NCBI GenBank assembly: GCA_001655205.1
Contig: LPNZ01010670.1
Span: 1-41,325, forward strand
Origin: Lenisia limosa
Taxonomy: Eukaryota; Protista; Breviatea
Direction of reading: 5' to 3'
Length of the DNA: 41,325 bases
A model generated the notes under the pieces. The model did not search any database and was not told the origin of the DNA. It saw nothing but the letters and a program-made list of their open reading frames with translations. Position numbers and translations under genes: made by a program. Shown piece after piece: positions 34,742 through 41,325 of the stretch (position 1 is the first letter of the stretch; every line of letters begins with the position of its first letter).

Positions 34742-37700
34742 ATGGCCAATGACGATGTGGCATCTTTCTCCACTCGCAGTTGGGGGGGGGGGNNNNNNNN
34801 NNTGTGCACCTCGGTGTTTTGGACTTCCCCCATACTGTTCAATTGGAATAAACAAAACCCTCGATTGCATGTCTTACGCATTAGCCTCCCTGGTGGATAG
34901 CGCACGGGATAGCCTGCATGGCAGTCAAGCCAGGATTGAAGGTAGTTATGCGATAGTACATTTAAGGCGACTATCTCCACGTAACGTTAAAAATTAACAA
35001 ATAATAGGGATTAAACATTATTGTGTCTGCGGCTTTGTCCAAATTTCTCATTTCAACCCATTTCTTATTTTATGATTGCCCATATTTTGTAACAGTTGCC
35101 TTTCAGAGCTTCCCCCCAATCCCCAAATTCCCAACAATGCCCAATCAATGCTCAATGGCTTCCCATCAATCAGTTCGATCAACATGGATGTCGAAAGTGG
35201 GTGGTGTAGGTGTGGTTGGTTTTTGACTCCTTGTTCTCTGTGAAATATTGACAGTTAAGAGGATAAACAACAGCAGCCCAAAGCACACCCAATGCAGCAA
35301 TCTCCTTTTGGTTGGCAATCAGAGCAATGGGACATTATTTTAATACCTGGTTCATGACCCCCTTTGCAGAGTTGGATGCAGCTCCAAAAGACACGCTGAT
35401 TGCCTCACAAGTTGGCTTTGGCTTTGGGAAATATATCATCTAATATTCACCGTATCCGCCTTATCTGGGCGAAATGGCGGTACAATATATCATATACATA
35501 TGATATGTATATCATATAGCTATTACTAGTATATCATATGGATGCATAACGATGCAGCTCAGCGCTGATCACGAGACGACAAAGAAAATGGAGCGTGAAC
35601 AGAGGGAAAAAGATGAGGAAAAGGTCAAGCTTAGAGAAAAAGGTTTGCATTGTTATGTGAATGAAAATAACATTTGTTATTTTGCTCTCAAGCCAACTTA
35701 GAGGTACATTTCACAAATTAGTAATGAAGCCTCCGCCACCCTTCTCACAGGGTCAAAGTCAGCCAATGGAAGGTGGGTGGTATTTGGTGGCTGTTGCTCA
35801 ATTCCATGTGAAAAGCCGATATCGCATTGTCATGGTATAAATGCCGATATCTTGTCGTGGTATCAGAGGCATGAACTAACTTTCACCAAGCCTGGACATT
35901 GGAAATGGAGCAAGACGCTAACGCTCGACTGAAGGCACGTAAGGCCAGGGAAAAAGTCTTCGACGACTTCAAAGCCAAGGTGTGATGCTGTTCCGATATC
36001 GAAATATAAAATAGGTCACTTTGAACTGGTAATACTGTGTCAAATCCCATTGATACTGATTGCTGCTTCTTTTCCCTGACATCTCTCAGGGTAATGCGCA
36101 TTTCAAAGCACAAGTGTTCGATAAAGCTCTTGAGTGCTATAAACAAGGTTGGTAATGATATGATATTCCTATTGAGTGAGTTTGTTGGCTAAGTGTATTA
36201 ATACCCTTGTTCTTGGGCATTCCAGTCTACCTTTCGTCATTTCGCAATAACGGAAGTATTCTTTCATTAACGACAAAGCGGTGGCCGGAGCACCCGATCT
36301 TGAGAGGAAGTGTCAGGCATGTGGAAACGCCTCGTTTGCTTGCCTCAAAATGGCACGGTACGTTCTATCTAGATTTACTTACAGTAGCATTATTACAACA
36401 ATACATAATTGGTCATGCAAACCTTCATAATGACCCCACCTCACCTCAGAAACGAGGAGGCCCTTTCATTCGCTAACGAAGCCCTTGCTCTTGAACCTCA
36501 GCACCAGAAATGTGGGACTAGTTTTTCGTTCTTGTTTGCGCTATTTCCTTTGTTCATCGTATACGGTCACCTATTTTATCGAGATATTTTATGATAGATA
36601 TATGATATGCGTACTGCATAGAACCATCTTTATTATGCTATGTCCAGGTTTGTACCGAAGAGCTGAGGCGCTGAGGAGATTGTCCGAGTTTTTTGCGTCT
36701 TTGGAAACACTGAAAAAGGCCCTTGAACTCTACCCCAATAATTCGGATATGCAAAAGCTCCAAAAGAAGGTTTGTAGCTATCAATTGACATCATTATGGA
36801 CTGTTGTCGTAACCTCTGCAGGTCAATTATGAGGCTAATCAAATTGGGGCTTCAACTCAAGCTAAGAAAAACCTTGATACTTCGGAAATATTGAATAGAG
36901 TGGGTGGAAATGTGACCGTTTTTACACTCTCTTCCAAGATCCACTACACAACCAGTTCGGATAAAGACTCGGAGTATCTCATGAAGCTTGACCCCAATAC
37001 GGTTACAAGTGTTGACATCAAGAAGATACTCGACTATCTACAGGCCTGTATGCTTCGTTTATTGTACAGCTTAGAACATCGTGTGTGCATGATGATAGAA
37101 TGGTTCCTAATATGGCTGTATTTTTGACCATCTAGCTGCTGCTGATATGACTGGTAGTGCTGAGCTTCACAGGCACACTCACCTGGCTTCCCTTCTCAAC
37201 TTACTGCAGCGTACGAAGCCTTCATATGTTATCTTACTTTTGTCATGTTTTTCATGTTCCACCCTAAGCTTCTCCCTTGATTTCTTCAGGCACAAGCAGT
37301 TCAGTTTTCGAGTCCCTTCCAAGTATGTCAATATCACAGAAGCTCTATCCGAAATTTCAAATTTTGAAATACACTATTAATTGATAGGTTGCGTCGGAGT
37401 TTTTTTGTTTGAAACAGAAACTCACTCAACTGAGCTGGCACTTTTTGATCATTTCAATTTCACAATTCACAATCACACCTCCCCCCTTGAAGTTGTGTCG
37501 GTGATCATGGGTCTGTTACAGCCGAACGACTACTATTGCTGCACCCCCGCGACAGCCAGACTGCTCTTGCGTATTATTGGAGTCTTCACGCGCAACTGTG
37601 AGCGCAACAGGCCTAGGCTGGTTTATCATTTAAATGGGTCCAGTTTGCTGTGGATTTGCTTCTTTATTTCAAAAATGAAGAGTGTCTGGCTAAATCCCTT

Positions 37701-40700
37701 TATGCAGGTTAGACAAGACTGAGACCTTTGACGTATTACTGCGCTCCCTGTTGAAATGGCCCTTACTATTCAGCTGGCATGTCTTCCGAGATATCCCCCA
37801 ATATTGTTGAGCTACTGACAGAGTGGTTTTCCGGAGATCGCTACCTAGTTATGAAGGGAGACAAACTAGGTGACAAGGTGGGGTTATGAAGGGAGACAAA
37901 CTAGGTGACAAGGTGGGGTTATGAAGGGAGACAACCTAGGTGACAAGGTGGGGTTATGAAGGGAGACAAACTAGGTGACAAGGTGGGGTTATGTTCAGAA
38001 ACTCTCAACTGTCCAATTCACAATATCCAGATAAGATTGATATTTCACTGGTCTTTTTCAGACATCTGGCAATCTCTTATAATAAATTAATTTCATGACT
38101 TACACAACCAAGGACGTGGGGCTGATCGCTGAAATTGTCAGCAATATCATGTATCATGGTATGCAGGGGCTGGCGTTTCCTAGCCTTGAAGCTCCTTTTC
38201 ACATAAAAAAACAATAGTATACTATATATTACATGTTGTATTGAATAACAAAGTGTAGAAGAAAGCCTGTCATTGATAGACGTTGAAGCCTTTGTTGTAG
38301 CCGTGCTTGCTCTGATCTTGCAGTTCAGCTCGTCTCCCAATGTAAGAGGATCCTCTGTGGTCCCCTGTAGTTCAAACATCGATATCACTCAAGGGTTTAT
38401 AGACATAGTATTCTGTTTTTTTCAGGAGCTCGTTAGTGACCCTATAGTTCCGCAGTGAATCGTGTCTGTTCTTGTCATGCGGCTTCGCAGCGCTGCTCCA
38501 GGCAAAAGGTATGCCTATTTGTCTTCAGTGTTGACCCTTCATTTATCATTTGTGATAACTGACTAGTTGTTCTCTACTCGAAGTCTTTGATTAAGTCGAT
38601 TGTTGGCTACTGCAGAGCTCTATTGCCTTCTCAGCATGTTTTGAGTGAGAGAAAACACATAGAGATGAGAAATAAAACAAGGATGCATCTTGTCACGAGA
38701 TATTGGATAATTCACCCAATCATTTGCCTGACAACTCCGTGCACACAGCTTTTTGATGCCTCCCCAGCAAACATATAAAAATTACAAATCTGTTTGTTTT
38801 GTACCTGTCTCATTTTGTGAATAGCTGTTGTGTCTCATTCTTAGGTCTCTTGGTGATGATATCTGTCCACCCTGTTGCCCAGAAGTACTGCAAAGATAGT
38901 AAGTGACCAGTATAACCATGTATCACTTCTCAGATGACCTGGCAGAGGATGTCATTAAACTTATTATACAATCGAATGGTTTGTGAGCAGTTCTTATTAC
39001 ACTGTTTATGATTGGTGGAAAGTCAGTAGCTGAAAAGACTTCCTTCTCAAATCGAAGCTAATTGCTCTCATCCTTCAGGAACCAGTAAAAGACAGAAGAT
39101 GGATTCAACAGAAATGTCAACAGCTTTAGCTTTTCTTCTCAATCTTTCATCAAGTAGGGGGGAGGCTGGTGTGTTCATAAGCTCTTCGTTTCTGGTTAGT
39201 GTCTTATGTTTTTAGAAGAAACGCCAAAGTGGATGCTTTCCAATGTGAGAGGATTTTACGGCACCTCCCAGTGCAGAAACATGTTTGTATAGTATCATAA
39301 CATGCGCAAGTGCATTTGACCTTCAAGGAAGCAACCCTCATCAAGACGCTTCAAAAGTCCATTGAGAATGAGGTGAACACGTCAGATAGTTACTCTTCTA
39401 CGTTACCGCCGTTTTTGGTCGTAAATGGACTGAAAATGCTCAGCAGATTAATCGCACGAACAGACAGTGAGGTGGTGATCTATGTTGTGATGTCACATTG
39501 AAACAATCCAGCCTCTACTACATAAACCAGTCGATCTTGGTTGAATCTCCTTTCCCCATCCTATGTCATTTTGATGGGAATAGCCCTTCTGAATCCATTC
39601 ACTCATGTTGCTCAGGTCGGCCAACTCCCGACCCGAAGTTCATCACCCGACTCTGTTTCTGTATCCGACGGTAAGTGGCTTCTCTTCTGCTTCCTGTTCT
39701 TTGTTCTAGTCGCCACCTGTTGTTTCCAAATATCCTGCATATGATATGATTGTCTAATACTGCTAGTATACCCCAGGGGTTTCAGAGTTACCCGTCTCCC
39801 GATGTATCAGGACCAGCCACCTCCATTCTAAACACTCTCATGCAGGAACCGGATTTCGTAGGAGGGCGTATGGACGTATCTTCGGTACAAACAGTGAAGA
39901 AATAACTCCTCTTGTACCAGTAGTGTCTAACACCCCCAGCCCCTGGTGATGCTTGACGATCAGTTGGACCGACTGGTTTCGGGTCTCTGTCATCTTGTCG
40001 CCTGTTCGCACCGCAATAGTGAACTGTTCAAGAAATGCACTGTCGATGTGCGCTATGTCAGTGTCAGCAAGCCGGTCAAGGATGAACCAAAAAAAGTGAG
40101 CGTCATTTAGATAATAATAATTTCATTGATGATGATAGTAACATGACGGATCTGAGTTTACCTTTTGTTTTCTCCCATAAAGAGCTGATTTCTGTTTGGC
40201 TTTTTTTTGTTTTTGCAGCCGTCACCTCCCCTTCCAGGACCAAGATGTCGAGGCCGATGACAGTGAAGGCGCTACCAATGATAATCTCATGAACAAAGGA
40301 GTGAACCCCGAGATGGCGAAGATGATGCTCTCAATGCGACGCCCATTGTTCAGTCAGAAGGCTATGGCTGAAAGCATAGCGCAAACGGCTAGTTTAAGAC
40401 AAAATGTGGGGGGGGGGGCGACTAGGTAGAGNNNNNNNNNNNNNNNNNNNNNNNNNNNNNNNNNNNNNNNNNNNNNNNNNNNNNNNNNNNNNNNNNNNNN
40501 NNNNNNNNNNNNNNNNNNNNNNNNNNNNNNNNNNNNNNNNNNNNNNNNNNNNNNNNNNNNNNCCCAACCGGGACCTTTGAGACCGTTGAGACCGTCAATC
40601 AAGAAAGCGTTGCGGTGGGTCCTGTCAACACTGCTATTCTTCTCACCGTTCAGACGGTGGACCGAAACGCAAGCAATTCCTGCTTGTTGATAGCGACTCT

Positions 40701-41103
40701 CGCGCTACATGGTTGGAGTTTGTAGAAATGCCTGTGTTTTTCTTTCTCTTCTGTTCTGAACTAACCTATCTAGAAGCTCCTCTTGTTACGTGTGTTTCTG
40801 CAGGGGTCGTGGAAACTCTCATTCAAGTTGGGGGGGGGGGTGAAAAAAATTCACTTTTGTCATTATGTGTGTTTTTTCCCCGCCTTAGAGTTTCTTGGTT
40901 CTAATCCCCCAGTATCTGACAGTCCTGAAGCTGCAGTTAACTCGAGTGGAATCAATACTGATCATGGTTGGTGTATTTGAAGTCAAAAACAACGTGATTC
41001 TGTTAACTCTCAAGGAGTATGGAAGCAGTTCGACCTCATGAAAGTGCTGGCCGACATCTCTGATGGAAGTGAAGAGACACAGCACTGTCTTCTTGCATTC
41101 TAA
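34742..41103 (+). CDS. Long multi-exon TPR + armadillo-like protein (TTC12/UNC-45-like architecture)
   Basis: LEMEQDANARLKARKAREKVFDDFKAK|GNAHFKAQVFDKALECYKQG resembles the TTC12 EKDAxERAxRR...KEKGNEAF region. Then CGNASFACLKMAR|NEEALSFANEALALEPQHQK|LYRRAEALRRLSEFFASLETLKKALELYPNNSD (three TPRs), followed by many helical exons. The start (MANDDVASF) and stop (TAA 41101-41103) are inferred; the region could hold more than one gene. Confidence 0.65.
37848..37993 (+). repeat. Four tandem copies of a 35-bp unit spanning an exon end and its 5' splice site
   Basis: gttatgaagggagacaaactaggtgacaag|gtggg at 37848, 37883, 37918 (one a>c change) and 37953, plus a partial gttatg. The first copy is the open end of exon ...FSGDRYLVMKGDKLGDK. 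Confidence 0.95.
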
Positions 41104-41325
41104 TCAAGGTCTTTGATAATGGTAATATATCAAATTTTTTTTGATACCTACGTAACATTGAAATGACACCTAAGAAAAGCTGTTTTGTTGCGCCAGCAGC
41201 TGGATTCCATGGTTCTCTCGGAGTATACTGAGTGCCGTTTCTAAATAGATCATGGGACTCGGAGGCAATCATTCGTACGCATCTGGAGTAGTATGCTGGT
41301 TGTGATAGCATGGGATGCGGTGCTG

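Noticed and set aside
19820-37993. 28-37-bp repeat arrays as CRISPR arrays
   Set aside because: The units are head-to-tail with no unique spacers, lie inside spliced eukaryotic genes, derive from exon/intron junction sequence, and there are no cas genes.
41036-41311. Minus-strand ORF at the right edge as a separate gene
   Set aside because: It overlaps the inferred last exon of the TPR/ARM gene and has no recognisable motif; the two readings cannot be resolved from sequence alone.

Overview
This is nuclear DNA of an intron-rich, gene-dense unicellular eukaryote. It has short GT-AG introns, AT-alternating intergenic tracts and 19 N-gaps, about 12 of them bordered by G or C homopolymers. The 5S rRNA looks amoebozoan-like by eye, but that is only an inference. 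Because genes are split into many small exons, most ORFs in the supplied track are fragments or wrong-frame; the gene models below were spliced by hand and their ends are approximate. Left to right the window contains: a perfect 107-bp hairpin; two H-type-lectin-like genes; a large disrupted PARP gene; a small hypothetical gene; an LRR-filamin-EF-hand gene (-); a shortened THOC2; an RCC1-repeat gene (-); a fibrinogen-like-domain gene (-); CDKAL1/e-MtaB; an MRS2/CorA transporter whose GMN signature reads CMN (-); a LamG-like hypothetical gene (-); a gene with two CCCH-type zinc fingers and an intronic hAT-like MITE; a hypothetical gene; a solitary 5S rRNA gene; and a long TPR+ARM (TTC12-like) gene. 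The most distinctive pattern is a set of tandem duplications, in several unrelated genes, whose unit spans a splice junction and so creates arrays of decoy donors or acceptors. The clearest case is a 9-unit array in front of the CDKAL1 radical-SAM exon.
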